Source: Negativicutes bacterium
GTDB lineage: Bacteria > Bacillota > Negativicutes > UBA1444
Length of the DNA: 64,000 nucleotides
Reading direction: 5' to 3'
Assembly: GCA_963665275.2 (NCBI GenBank)
Contig: CAXXIN010000007.1
Span: 256,001 to 320,000, forward strand
Position numbers and translations under genes: made by a program. The number at the start of each line of letters is the position of its first letter. Positions within the stretch are counted from its first letter, which is position 1. Positions 1-9,890 of the stretch are shown here, piece by piece. The notes under the pieces were generated by a model. It was not told where the DNA came from, ran no database searches, and saw nothing but the letters and a program-made list of their open reading frames with translations.

Positions 1-43
1 CATTTTATGAACTATCAATAGTTTTTGTGAGAAAGTTTCCGAT

Positions 44-184
44 TTGAATACTTTTCAACTCCAGGTTCCCGAGAATGCATTGCAAAAAGGCTGTTGCTCA
101 TGGCATAACGGGGTGTGCGGCTGCCAGAATGGCAGGACAGTCTGCTGCGACGGTTCATATAGCCCAACGTGCAGATGTAATTGA
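44..184 (+). CDS. Small Cys-rich protein (GCCSWHNGVCGC..VCCDG..SPTCRC); start uncertain, possibly the 3' part of a disrupted gene
   Basis: Frame 2 is open from 11 to 184 and ends in 8 Cys plus 1 His within about 30 aa. Possible TTG start at 44; in-frame TGA at 8-10. Not in the ORF track. Confidence 0.55.
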   Translation: MNTFQLQVPENALQKGCCSWHNGVCGCQNGRTVCCDGSYSPTCRCN

Positions 185-210
185 TCTTGATTTAACGAGG
201 AGGCCTCTCA

Positions 211-924
211 ATGAATTATGTTTACGCCATGTTATTAATCGGCTTCGCCATTCTCTTTCATGAGTTCGGTCATTTTTTTGCTGCCCGTCTTGTGAAAATA
301 CCAATTCAAACTTTCTCCATTGGATTTGGGCCAGCATTGTGGAAAAAACAAATCGGTGAAACCGAATATCGAGTTTCTTGGATTCCCATGGGCGGATATG
401 TTTTGCCGGCAATCGAAGATGAGCAGCAATTCTTCAAAATTCCCGTCTACAAGCGAATAGTCATGACTGTAGCCGGACCACTGGCAAGCGCCCTGCTGCC
501 AGTGATTTGCATTGCCCTCATGAACACCTGCAACACTGGCTTTTCATTCATCGGAACCATTATCCTACCGTTCCAAAAGACATGGGCCATAGGATATCAG
601 ATGCTGGTATCGCTCCCTCAGTTGTTCTCGAGCCCCGGTCAGATAATGGGCGTCGTTGGTATTGTCGCTCAGGGCGGGAATTACGTCGGCGGCAGTATCG
701 CAAAATCGCTTCAATTTCTTGCGATGATGAGCATGAATCTCTGCATCATCAACCTCCTCCCCATTCCTGCGCTGGATGGCGGAAAGTTTTTGCTGTACAT
801 CGGAGAGAAGATCCATCCGCGATTTGTGAAGCTGCATATTCCTTTGTCTATTGCCGGGTGGGTATTCATCATGGGACTTACCGCGTATACAGTAATCCTT
901 GATGTCGTAAAGCTTATGGCTTAA
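211..924 (+). CDS. Site-2 protease, M50 family (RseP-like, no PDZ domain)
   Basis: HEFGH zinc motif, FSIGFGP, NLLPIPALDGG, hydrophobic segments; RBS GAGGAGG. Confidence 0.9.
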   Translation: MNYVYAMLLIGFAILFHEFGHFFAARLVKIPIQTFSIGFGPALWKKQIGETEYRVSWIPMGGYVLPAIEDEQQFFKIPVYKRIVMTVAGPLASALLPVICIALMNTCNTGFSFIGTIILPFQKTWAIGYQMLVSLPQLFSSPGQIMGVVGIVAQGGNYVGGSIAKSLQFLAMMSMNLCIINLLPIPALDGGKFLLYIGEKIHPRFVKLHIPLSIAGWVFIMGLTAYTVILDVVKLMA

Positions 925-943
925 AAAAGGAGGGCTTCGTGTA

Positions 944-1342
944 ATGCAAAAGACATTAGGCGTTTCCTGCGCCTTCTGCACCAATAAAGTGGCTGAATCA
1001 CGCGATTTTTATGTTAAACGCCTTGGAGCGAAAGTTACCTTTGATTGCGGCTGGTATGTCAATTTGGAATTTGGCCATAGCGCTGCCACACTTCAGTTCA
1101 TGGCTCCCCAAAACCCGCAGCACAAGCTGAGCCAAAGTGATGGTTTGAGCTATAACTTTCATGTAATGGATGCAAACGAAGAGTACCAGCGATTGACTGC
1201 TGCAGGATTACAGGTCATTATCCCGTTAGAAGACCATCCGTGGGGAGACCGAGGTTTCGGCGTCCAGGACCCTAACGGCATCACACTGTATTTTTATCAC
1301 GACACAGAGCCAAGTCCTGAGTTCAAACAGTTTTACAAATGA
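944..1342 (+). CDS. VOC family (glyoxalase/bleomycin resistance) protein
   Basis: SRDFY..LG and EDHPWGDRGFGVQDPNG motifs. Confidence 0.85.
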   Translation: MQKTLGVSCAFCTNKVAESRDFYVKRLGAKVTFDCGWYVNLEFGHSAATLQFMAPQNPQHKLSQSDGLSYNFHVMDANEEYQRLTAAGLQVIIPLEDHPWGDRGFGVQDPNGITLYFYHDTEPSPEFKQFYK

Positions 1343-1412
1343 TGGGGAGGCGCCCTCACCCATAAATTCCACTACGCTTCATGCCGCTATGTATAGGAAA
1401 AGAAGGAGTGTG

Positions 1413-1739
1413 TTGAATTTGGCAGTAGCAAAAACGCCCACCCCGCCCTATTATGCGGTCATTTTTACATCAACAAGAACAGACGGAGATAAAGGTTATG
1501 CTGCAATCGCCGAAGAGGTTGTACAACTTGCCGAGAAGCAGCCGGGCTTTCTGGGCGCGGAAAGCGTTCGCGACGCCGAAAAGGTTGGAATCACGGTGTC
1601 ATATTGGGATTCACTGGAGTCTATCCAAAAATTCAAAGCCGTTGCCAAACATGTAGAAGCACAAAAGCGCAGCAGAGAATGGTATTCTGAGTTCAGACTT
1701 CGCGTCTGCAAAGTTGAAAAAGATCTGTTTACCGAGTAG
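1413..1739 (+). CDS. Antibiotic biosynthesis monooxygenase (ABM) family protein
   Basis: PPYYAVIFTS, QPGFLG, GITVSYW motifs; AAGGAG at 1403-1408 favours a TTG start at 1413 or 1419. Confidence 0.8.
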   Translation: MNLAVAKTPTPPYYAVIFTSTRTDGDKGYAAIAEEVVQLAEKQPGFLGAESVRDAEKVGITVSYWDSLESIQKFKAVAKHVEAQKRSREWYSEFRLRVCKVEKDLFTE

Positions 1740-2005
1740 GGTTGCGGCCGAAATAATCTCTAAGCCGATACTTCAATGAGTGCAAAATCCAACATTCACT
1801 TGTAATTGTGGCTCTCATTCAATAAATACAGGTTCCATTACGGAAAGGATCTTTGAGACGAACCCCCTGATGATTATATTGGGCATTGTGTTGCCGGCAC
1901 TATTTGCCGGTGAGTTAGTAGCTGATCTGATGGTTTGGTTCTTGCATCCCTAGCAATAAAAAAACATAGCGGGCTACGGCCCGCATTTTTTCCGGCAGCC
2001 AACCG

Positions 2006-2330
2006 CAGGATTATTCGTCATACTACAAAAACTGTATCTTATTCCCGAACTTGGCGAAAAGACCATAGGGGAAATCCAAACGTTTGAAATTCAGGCCCTC
2101 ATTGACCGTCTGACGGGCGAAGGGAAGTCATATAGCCAATCCCATAAGATATACACAATAATTAGCTCCAGCCTCGCCACGGCCGTTCCTGACGGAAGAG
2201 TACTTGGGCATCATAAATGCACAGCCCAAAAACGGCGACTATGTTTTTTCAACGGCATCAGGCAAGCACTACAGCTATGCCAAGCACTCCGCAAAAGAGC
2301 GTCAATTGGAAATGGCGAAAGCGACAAAAT
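2006..2330 (+). pseudogene. Tyrosine integrase remnant (frameshifted, internally deleted)
   Basis: Fragments resembling the core-binding domain (IPELGEKTIGEIQTFEIQALIDRL..KIYTIISSSLATAV), catalytic-domain middle (DYVFSTASGK) and C-terminus (YAKH..RQLEMA); points toward the tRNA-Lys 3' end. Confidence 0.65.
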
Positions 2331-2366
2331 ATCAAACAGGTGTCAGTTTGGGTGCGTACACGAAAA

Positions 2367-2396
2367 AAGAGTCTTCAGCTGAAGCTGAAGACTCTT
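2367..2396 (-). terminator. Intrinsic terminator of the tRNA operon
   Basis: aagagtcttcagct-ga-agctgaagactctt inverted repeat with a T run on the minus strand. Confidence 0.7.
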
Positions 2397-2404
2397 GATA
2401 TTCT

Positions 2405-2480
2405 TGGTGACCCACCCGCGACTCGAACGCGGGACTCCCTGATTAAAAGTCAGGTGCTCTACCGACTGAGCTAGTGGGTC
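2405..2480 (-). tRNA. tRNA-Lys(UUU)
   Basis: Cloverleaf, anticodon loop CTTTTAA, GTTCGA T-loop, encoded CCA. Confidence 0.97.
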
Positions 2481-2483
2481 AAG

Positions 2484-2559
2484 TGGCTGGGGCGGCTGGA
2501 CTCGAACCAACGCATGCGGGAGTCAAAGTCCCGTGCCTTACCAGCTTGGCGACGCCCCA
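2484..2559 (-). tRNA. tRNA-Gln(UUG)
   Basis: Cloverleaf, anticodon loop CTTTGAC, CCA. Confidence 0.97.
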
Positions 2560-2597
2560 AAGGCAGTTGTCTTGGGGAAATATTTGGGAAAATTATA

Positions 2598-2671
2598 TGG
2601 CTGGGGCGGATGGATTCGAACCACCGATGCGGGAGTCAGAGTCCCGAGCCTTACCGCTTGGCTACGCCCCA
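2598..2671 (-). tRNA. tRNA-Gln(CUG)
   Basis: Cloverleaf, anticodon loop CTCTGAC, CCA. Confidence 0.97.
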
Positions 2672-2694
2672 ATAAGAGGTAAGTTTGGTAAGTT

Positions 2695-2771
2695 TGGGGT
2701 GACTGATGGGGATCGAACCCACGCATAACGGAACCACAATCCGCCGTGTTAACCACTTCACCACAGTCACC
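2695..2771 (-). tRNA. tRNA-His(GUG) with encoded G-1
   Basis: Cloverleaf, anticodon GTG, CCA. Confidence 0.97.
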
Positions 2772-2818
2772 ATACATCCGATGATGTCGGCGTTGATTCG
2801 CCCCGCGCGACAGGGTTT

Positions 2819-2848
2819 ATTGTATCATCGGTTTCACATCGTTGTCAA
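2819..2848 (-). promoter_or_regulatory. Sigma-70/A promoter of the tRNA operon
   Basis: TTGACA-18-TACAAT with TGn extension, followed by a GC-rich stretch. Confidence 0.7.
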
Positions 2849-2891
2849 TACGCCCAGCAGTATTTTTCGGATTCGAATTTCATATTGTTGT

Positions 2892-4154
2892 TCATTCCTT
2901 TGTCCCACCATCAATGGAACGAGCAGCGGCGCGCCCTGCGACAAATCCGGTAGAAAAAGCGGCCTGAAGGTTGAACCCGCCGGTATATCCATCCACATCC
3001 ATAATTTCGCCGGCGAAAAACAGTCCGCCAACCAATCTGGACTCCATCGTTTTCGGTTGTATCTCCTTGACCTCCACGCCGCCGGATGTCACTACCGCTT
3101 CTGCGACAGGCCGGGTTCCTCGGATAGAAACCCGCAGGTTTTGCAAAAGATCGACCAGATGCGCCCTTTCTTCCCGCGTAATCTGGTTCACAAATTTTTC
3201 CGGTGCGATTCCGCTGAGCTGTATAATCACCGGGATCATTTTGGCCGGCAGCAACTCGCCCAGAGCATTTTTGAACTGTTTGCGGGAAAATGCCGAAAAG
3301 TCCCTCTGCAACCGTTTGTCAAGAATCTCCGGAGTCAAGGCCGGCTTCAAGTTCACTTCCACATAGATCTCCGGTTTCGGAGTCTGTTTGAGAGCCTTGG
3401 AAACCGCCTGGCTCAGGCTGAGAATGATCGGACCTGATATTCCATAATGGGTAAAGAGCATTTCGCCAAAATCGCCGTCAACTTTCCGATCGTTGACACG
3501 CACCAACGCTTCCACGTTTTTCAGTGAAAGTCCCTGCAGTTCTTTGACCCAGCTTTCCACCGCTTCCAGCGGGACAAGCGCCGGAGCCAGCGGCGTCACC
3601 GTGTGACCCAGTTCTTTCGCCATGCGATAGCCATCGCCAGAGGAACCTGTACCAGGATAGGATAGTCCGCCAGTAGCCAGTACGACCGAGTCCGCCGGCA
3701 AAGTTTCTGCGCCGGCGACCACCCCGGATACCCTTCCATTCTTAGTCCGAATCGACTGAACCGGGCGGTTGGTGAGGATGCGCACGCCAGCCCGCCTGAC
3801 GGCTTGGGTCAGCGCCTCTACAATATCCGCCGCCTTATCGGATACAGGGAACAAACGGCCGCCACGTTCTACTTTCGACGGCACACCACGATTCATGAAA
3901 AAATCGATCAAATCCTGATTATCGAACGCGCGCAGCGCACTATAAAGAAAAGCACCGTTAGTGGGGAAGAATTTCGGGAAATCGGCTAATTCACAGCGGT
4001 TGGTGAAATTGCAGCGACCTTTGCCGGTAATCAGTATTTTGCGGCCCGGCGCCGCCATCTTCTCCAGCAGACAAACGTCCGCTCCATTTTCGGCTGCACC
4101 CAGAGCAGCCATCAGACCGGCAGCGCCAGCCCCGATCACAATAACTCGGTTCAT
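2892..4154 (-). CDS. NAD(P)/FAD-dependent oxidoreductase, HI0933/YhiN family
   Basis: GAGAAG, GRKILITGKGRCNFTN, LATGG.SYP.TGS.GDG, GYTGGFNLQAA. Confidence 0.93.
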   Translation of the reverse strand: MNRVIVIGAGAAGLMAALGAAENGADVCLLEKMAAPGRKILITGKGRCNFTNRCELADFPKFFPTNGAFLYSALRAFDNQDLIDFFMNRGVPSKVERGGRLFPVSDKAADIVEALTQAVRRAGVRILTNRPVQSIRTKNGRVSGVVAGAETLPADSVVLATGGLSYPGTGSSGDGYRMAKELGHTVTPLAPALVPLEAVESWVKELQGLSLKNVEALVRVNDRKVDGDFGEMLFTHYGISGPIILSLSQAVSKALKQTPKPEIYVEVNLKPALTPEILDKRLQRDFSAFSRKQFKNALGELLPAKMIPVIIQLSGIAPEKFVNQITREERAHLVDLLQNLRVSIRGTRPVAEAVVTSGGVEVKEIQPKTMESRLVGGLFFAGEIMDVDGYTGGFNLQAAFSTGFVAGRAAARSIDGGTKE

Positions 4155-4172
4155 CGATTACAGACCCTCATT

Positions 4173-5993
4173 TCAACCAACTTTTTGCACCCAACTCCGG
4201 GGATCCGTCTTGCAAAACAAATTAACCAGGAAGGGATCAAACTGGGTGCCGGAACATCGCCGCAGTTCCCGCAGCGCTTCTTCATGGCTTACTGCGGACC
4301 GATAGGGACGGTCGCTCGTCATCGCGTCGTAAGCATCAGCAATCGCCAAAATTCGGCATTCCAAAGGAATATCGTCGCCGGAAATGCCCAGAGGGTATCC
4401 CTGCCCATCCCACCACTCCTGATGTTTGAGAATCCATTCTGCGATTGGACGAGCCGCGTTGACAGACAAAGCGATCCGATGGCCGATCTCGCTGTGGCGC
4501 TGTATTTCCTGCAGCTCCAAGGCATTGAGCGAACCTTGTTTGAAGAGAATTTTGTCAGGAATGCCAACCTTGCCGAGGTCATGGTATTGCGCTAATAGCC
4601 GCAAATGCTGCACCCTTTCTTCCGGCAATCCAAGTTCCTCCGCCAGATGGAGACAAAGATCAGTCACTCGTTGAGTATGCCCCTCAGCAAAAAAATCTCG
4701 CTGTTCCATTACCCGGACAACGTTGCGGGTGATGGACTCCCTGATCTGCAGACTTCGTTTATTCTTCTCCCGGTACATGTTATTGTCAGCCTCTCTGAAC
4801 AACTGGGTCAGATTCGCATTCTTGCTGAAGCTATACGCCACCCCGGTTGAAATGCTCAATAAAAATTCGTCATTTTTCTCGTTATCGGCATCAATGGAAT
4901 CCTGAAGTCTGACAAGGGCTTTTTCCACCGTTTCTTGCGAGATACGGGACAATAATATCGCAAATTCATCGCCGCCGATGCGCGCAACCACGTCCCCTGC
5001 GCGGAAAGTTTTCGTCAACAACTCAGCCGCCTTTTTTATCAACCGGTCGCCAAGCAAATGTCCGAAGCTGTCGTTATAGAGTTTCAGTCCGTCAACGTCA
5101 CATACAATCACAGCCAACGGAGCATAACGTCCATCGTTGAGCCGACGCAGCTCTTCCTGGAAATAAGCGCGGTTATAAAGCCCTGTCAGCGAATCACGCA
5201 GGCTGATATTGATCAATTTTTCTTCCATTTGTTTTCGTTCGGATATGTCTGTGAGCGAGCCCGCCATCCGGATCGGAACTCCACGCTCATTCCAGAGCGC
5301 CTGCCCACGGTCCAGCACCCATTTATATTGCCCATCCTTGGAGAGGCAACGATATTCAGCTTCGTAATTCGGCGTCAGGCGCTGCAGGTGCTCGGCAAGC
5401 TTTTGTGTTACGGCAGGCAAATCTTCCGGATGCACAGTCGCCAGGAATTCGTCCCGGTTTGCAGGCCCCCCGCCCGCTTCGAAGCCTAACATTTCGCTGC
5501 AACGCTCTGATTGAAAACTCTCGTTCGTCAGCACATTCCAGTCCCAAATACCGTCTTTGTTCCCTCGCAATGCCAACTGCCACCGTTCCTCTTCTTGAGC
5601 CAGAATCGCATTCGCTTTTTCCAGGGAACGTATCTGCATATTGATTTTTTCGGCCATACGGGCGAAAGTATAAAAAAGTTCACGCACTTCCAGCGGCCCC
5701 TGCGATTGGGCGCGCGCTTCCATTTGATAGTCAAAGTTCCCTTCCCGGATCGCCCTGGCTGCTTCAGTCAACTGGCGAATCGGAACGATTACCCAGTAGA
5801 ACCCCCCCAGAATCAAAAGAACGCCAAGCAAAACAAGCCCTGCCGCCCCTGCCAGCGCAACGCTCATCTGAACATCCGGAACCGATTCACCGGTTTGTTG
5901 AATGCTGTGGAAGAAAAAATTTCCCAGCAGCAGTGCCGGCAACGAAACCAGCAAAAATCCCCAAAAAAGCAATTGAGACCGCAAGGTCTTCAC
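4173..5993 (-). CDS. Membrane HAMP-PAS-GGDEF-HD-GYP c-di-GMP enzyme
   Basis: Two TM segments, HAMP, PAS/PAC, RAGD I-site plus GGDEF, YHDLGK, GQGYP, DRPYR. Confidence 0.92.
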   Translation of the reverse strand: MKTLRSQLLFWGFLLVSLPALLLGNFFFHSIQQTGESVPDVQMSVALAGAAGLVLLGVLLILGGFYWVIVPIRQLTEAARAIREGNFDYQMEARAQSQGPLEVRELFYTFARMAEKINMQIRSLEKANAILAQEEERWQLALRGNKDGIWDWNVLTNESFQSERCSEMLGFEAGGGPANRDEFLATVHPEDLPAVTQKLAEHLQRLTPNYEAEYRCLSKDGQYKWVLDRGQALWNERGVPIRMAGSLTDISERKQMEEKLINISLRDSLTGLYNRAYFQEELRRLNDGRYAPLAVIVCDVDGLKLYNDSFGHLLGDRLIKKAAELLTKTFRAGDVVARIGGDEFAILLSRISQETVEKALVRLQDSIDADNEKNDEFLLSISTGVAYSFSKNANLTQLFREADNNMYREKNKRSLQIRESITRNVVRVMEQRDFFAEGHTQRVTDLCLHLAEELGLPEERVQHLRLLAQYHDLGKVGIPDKILFKQGSLNALELQEIQRHSEIGHRIALSVNAARPIAEWILKHQEWWDGQGYPLGISGDDIPLECRILAIADAYDAMTSDRPYRSAVSHEEALRELRRCSGTQFDPFLVNLFCKTDPRSWVQKVG

Positions 5994-6152
5994 CCTATCG
6001 CCATCCTATTCAAAAGTCGATCGAAACCATGCCAAAATGATCCTGACAAGTTATTATTATCCAACCAGACCAGAAATCCTTCATTTTTGAGTGAACTTAT
6101 GAAAAAACCTGCGGCTGGATGACCGCAGGCTTGTGATGTTCAAAGGCAACGC

Positions 6153-6437
6153 TTAATGCTGCGCGGATCGCTGCAAAATCATACTGGGAGATTGCGGGTC
6201 CAGTCGTGACTCTAACAAGGAATATTCGCCGGTGATAATCAGCAGTGACGATATTCCAAATCGCGAAACTCCACTCGCTTCATTAATAGCTGTTTCATCC
6301 TTGCCCTTGTAGCTCTTTGACAGGTAGGCCTCATGAACGTTGGTCGCCAAGCTCCCTGTCACTAATATTTCCCCAGCCCCTTCGCGGATGGCTTCCTCCA
6401 ACTGGTTCACGGTATGCACCACAAACATAGTGAGCAC
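6153..6437 (-). CDS. Hypothetical protein
   Basis: 94-aa ORF with upstream GAAAGGA RBS and a downstream hairpin at 6103-6131. Confidence 0.6.
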   Translation of the reverse strand: MLTMFVVHTVNQLEEAIREGAGEILVTGSLATNVHEAYLSKSYKGKDETAINEASGVSRFGISSLLIITGEYSLLESRLDPQSPSMILQRSAQH

Positions 6438-6576
6438 TCCTTTCTCCTGTCGGGCGATCCTTCTTCCGAATCAAAATATTAGCTTCTATATTGTTGTAAT
6501 TATACTTCTGTCGATTGGGTTATGTCCATATGCTGCAAGTCCCTTTTTTGTAAAGCTGAGACTAGACGACGCCGAC

Positions 6577-7647
6577 TCATTCAAGGTTCTTTTCATTTTC
6601 AGGCAACCCCTGCCAAACGATCCGCAAGGTTTCTCTTTTGTCTGACCCTACCTGCGGCAGCAACCTGACTCGATAAGCTTTGCCAATTTCATTCAACATC
6701 GCGTATCCAATTTCCCAACGCCTCCGGTCGTCGGAGGACATCACCGTGGGAAAGCGATGTTCGAAGATCACGAAGCAAGGACCGGCTTCTTTGGACTCGA
6801 CTGAAACGGCCAACCGCATAGGGGTACTGGTGTCAGCTCCCTGAAGATCTACAATGATTTTAAAGGTCATCTCCAAAAAGCCATAGTAACCACAAAGCAA
6901 CGGGTCATCGTTTTCGCGGCGTTGAATTATCAATCGGTCCTCACAAACTTTGTTTATTCCTGAAATAATCTGCGCTATCGAACGACACTCAAAAACGGTT
7001 GGCAAAATACTCATATACATTAAATGTATTTTTTCGATAAGATCGAGATGTCCCGTTGCACTTTCAATCGTGTCTGAAGAATGAATCGAACACATTTCCA
7101 GATGTTTTTTCCAGAAGGAAAACATCCAATGGTTAAGGTTTTTCAGACCCGCCAGGTCTTTTTTTTCATTAACCATCTTTTGTTCCATAACGTGAAGAAT
7201 GTGCAAATAGGCTTGATTTTTGTGAACCAGTCCCTCCCGAAGGTCGTCGCGCTCACTCTCAAGGTTAAAGCGCTCGATTGCCTGACGAACAGCAGCCAGT
7301 AATTCCGCCTCCATTTGCCAAGGTTTCGAAATGAACTGAAAAACTTCACCTTGGTTGATCGTCGCTAACACCTGAGAAAGCTGTGTATACCCCGACAATA
7401 CCATCCTGATAATCTTCGGTTGCTTCTCCCTGACAATTTTCAACAACATCAGCCCATCCATTACCGGCATTCGCATGTCCGTAACAATGACACTGACCGA
7501 GCGCTCCTCAATGATTTTGAGCGCCTCCTGTGCAGAACCGGCGAACAGCGCTTCAAAGGGTTCATCGATCACCGCTCTGCGGATTGCCGCCAAAATATGC
7601 GATTCATCATCCACAAAAAGAACCACATTCTTATTTGTTGCCATCAA
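6577..7647 (-). CDS. Response regulator (REC plus coiled coil plus unrecognised C-terminal domain)
   Basis: FVDDE, VTDMRMP, FISKPW; overlaps the upstream gene by 4 nt. Confidence 0.85.
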   Translation of the reverse strand: MMATNKNVVLFVDDESHILAAIRRAVIDEPFEALFAGSAQEALKIIEERSVSVIVTDMRMPVMDGLMLLKIVREKQPKIIRMVLSGYTQLSQVLATINQGEVFQFISKPWQMEAELLAAVRQAIERFNLESERDDLREGLVHKNQAYLHILHVMEQKMVNEKKDLAGLKNLNHWMFSFWKKHLEMCSIHSSDTIESATGHLDLIEKIHLMYMSILPTVFECRSIAQIISGINKVCEDRLIIQRRENDDPLLCGYYGFLEMTFKIIVDLQGADTSTPMRLAVSVESKEAGPCFVIFEHRFPTVMSSDDRRRWEIGYAMLNEIGKAYRVRLLPQVGSDKRETLRIVWQGLPENEKNLE

Positions 7648-8705
7648 AGATCACCTGCACGCCTTAGCATTCCCGTAGCTACTAGTTCCTGGTTAGTAAA
7701 ACATTCAACCACATCCGCATCAAAATGACTGCCGACATCCTGTTTGAGAATCGCCAACACTTCTTGTCGCGGCACTCCTTTGCGATAAATGCGACCCGAT
7801 ATCAATGCATCGTACGCATCGGCCACTGCCAGAATTCTTGCTTCCAGCAGAATTTCCGCCGCCTTCAGATGGTACGGGTATCCTGAGCCATCATATTTTT
7901 CATGATGTTGCAAAACAATTTCGGCGGCATCATTCCACAAGCCCAACTCTCGCAATATTTCCGCGCCATAGATGGGATGCTCTTTCATAAAAGCATATTC
8001 GCTTTCATCCAACCGTCCCGCCTTATAAAGGATTTGGTCACGAATAGCGATCTTGCCGATATCATGAAAGACTCCGGCATATTCAAGGTTCTGCTGCCGC
8101 TGCTCCGACAGCTGCATCGATCGCGCCACCTGAACAGCATATTGGCTCACACGCAAGCTGTGTTGCAGCAGTTCACTGTCTTTGACCTGGATGATTTTTT
8201 TCAGCGCATTGGCCTCATTCTCTATCGTTTGTTTCATCCGCGCATGCGAATGTTCCAGCAACACCTTCCAAGTCTCTTTCTCGCACAGGCTTTGCGCGAG
8301 AATAAGTTCTCGATCCAACGCGTCCTGCCGAAACTGAAACGCCGCCTTCACCGCATCAATAAGTTCCTCATCTTCCCAGGGTTTGCTGATGTATTGAAAA
8401 ATTTGTCCGTTGTTGATCGCCGAAATAACAACATCAATGTCTGAATAACCGGAAATGAGCAACCGCACAGTACTCGGCGATAGCGCGCGCGCCCGCAGCA
8501 AAAGCTCAACTCCCGACATTTTCGGCATCCGTTGGTCACAAATGAGAAGCGCCGGAGGAGTAAGCTTCAAAATTTGGAGGGCCTCCTCAGCATCCGGCGT
8601 GCTGCGTACTTGATACCCGGCAAAGACTAATGTTCTGGTGATCGCCCGCAGCACATGCTCTTCATCGTCAACGATCAATACCATTTTATTTTCTGACACT
8701 GACAT
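7644..8705 (-). CDS. Response regulator with HD-GYP phosphodiesterase domain (RpfG-like)
   Basis: CDQRMP, FHDIGK, HHEKYDGSGYP. Confidence 0.92.
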   Translation of the reverse strand: MSVSENKMVLIVDDEEHVLRAITRTLVFAGYQVRSTPDAEEALQILKLTPPALLICDQRMPKMSGVELLLRARALSPSTVRLLISGYSDIDVVISAINNGQIFQYISKPWEDEELIDAVKAAFQFRQDALDRELILAQSLCEKETWKVLLEHSHARMKQTIENEANALKKIIQVKDSELLQHSLRVSQYAVQVARSMQLSEQRQQNLEYAGVFHDIGKIAIRDQILYKAGRLDESEYAFMKEHPIYGAEILRELGLWNDAAEIVLQHHEKYDGSGYPYHLKAAEILLEARILAVADAYDALISGRIYRKGVPRQEVLAILKQDVGSHFDADVVECFTNQELVATGMLRRAGDL

Positions 8706-9884
8706 TCACTCCTTGCTCTCATCGCGCAGCCATTGTTCAAAGTGTTGTTGAGTAGTACTTATTTGCCGGAATGCCTCGGGATTCAACATTTGAGGCAACT
8801 TTGGCAAGATCGCCTTCCAGGCGTAATGACTGGCCAAATGGACCGAAGCTACAGCCTCGGTTTCGATAACGGCGCTATGCAAGGGTGTATCGTGAAACAA
8901 GGCACATTCCACAATCGGGTACGGAAGTCCCCACCAATCCAATAGATGACCCCCTAATTCGGCATGAGTAATCCCAAACGCTTCCTTTTCCAAAGCCGAT
9001 AACGACAAGAGATTACCGGATTGCAAGTGCTTTTGGATTATTATCTTGCATTTTTCCGGGAAATAGTGCAAAAGCATGACAAATCCAATATTATGAAGCA
9101 ACCCCGCAGTTGCCAAATTATCAGGCAGTCTTTTGCCAAGAAGCTTGGTGTAAATTGCAGCCGTAAGCATGTTGGTGTGAGTTGCGTGACGCGCCAAACG
9201 CGACAGATTGAAAGGGGGAACCTGAATGCGGACCGTCTGCAGAAGATTGCAGGACAATACAATAGACTTGACAACCGGTAATCCCAAATACGTGATTGCC
9301 TGAATAATCGAGCCGGTCTTGATATTATAAAACGCGGAATTAACGACTCGGAGAACGGACGCCGCCACGGTCGGGTCTGTCTCAATCACGCGCGCTATGG
9401 CGCTGACATCGGCATCTTGTTCTATGAGACGGCACACTGAATTGTATACGCCGGTGATCATCGACAAATTTTCAAGTTTATTGGCAAATTCAAGAATGGA
9501 CAAGCTGCGATACATCTCGCGGGCTTCGAATATTCGTCCGATTTTATCTTTGAATTCTGCTCCGACCCATGGTTTCAACAGGTAGAGGCTACTGGACCCA
9601 TCAATGATGGTCTCAAAAAGTTCATTTTCGCTTGCGTAGCCGCTCAAAATAATTCGGGTTGTCCAAGGGAACCGTTCTTTCACTTTACGCAAGAACTGGT
9701 GCCCATCCATCACCGGCATCCGCATATCGGAAATAACGACATCAATAGGTTGGCTTTCCAAGATTTTCAGCCCTTCTTCGCCGCTTTCCGCCAGAGAAAC
9801 TTCAAAATCGCTATCGAAAAAGAGGCGGTCCAGGGCCGTGAGAATTGATTTTTCATCATCAACAAAAAGTATGCTCTTGCCCAC
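8706..9884 (-). CDS. Response regulator with HDOD domain
   Basis: REC SDMRMP; DPTVAASVLRVVNSAFY, AGLLHNIG, HAELGGHLLDWWGLP. Confidence 0.9.
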   Translation of the reverse strand: MGKSILFVDDEKSILTALDRLFFDSDFEVSLAESGEEGLKILESQPIDVVISDMRMPVMDGHQFLRKVKERFPWTTRIILSGYASENELFETIIDGSSSLYLLKPWVGAEFKDKIGRIFEAREMYRSLSILEFANKLENLSMITGVYNSVCRLIEQDADVSAIARVIETDPTVAASVLRVVNSAFYNIKTGSIIQAITYLGLPVVKSIVLSCNLLQTVRIQVPPFNLSRLARHATHTNMLTAAIYTKLLGKRLPDNLATAGLLHNIGFVMLLHYFPEKCKIIIQKHLQSGNLLSLSALEKEAFGITHAELGGHLLDWWGLPYPIVECALFHDTPLHSAVIETEAVASVHLASHYAWKAILPKLPQMLNPEAFRQISTTQQHFEQWLRDESKE

Positions 9885-9890
9885 GTTGCA

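Noticed and set aside
8..10. Selenocysteine read-through of the TGA before the Cys-rich ORF
   Set aside because: No SECIS-like hairpin is evident and the upstream context lies outside the window
2204..3437. ORFs overlapping the tRNA cluster
   Set aside because: They lie over tRNA genes or antisense to the flavoprotein gene; only the integrase scraps were kept
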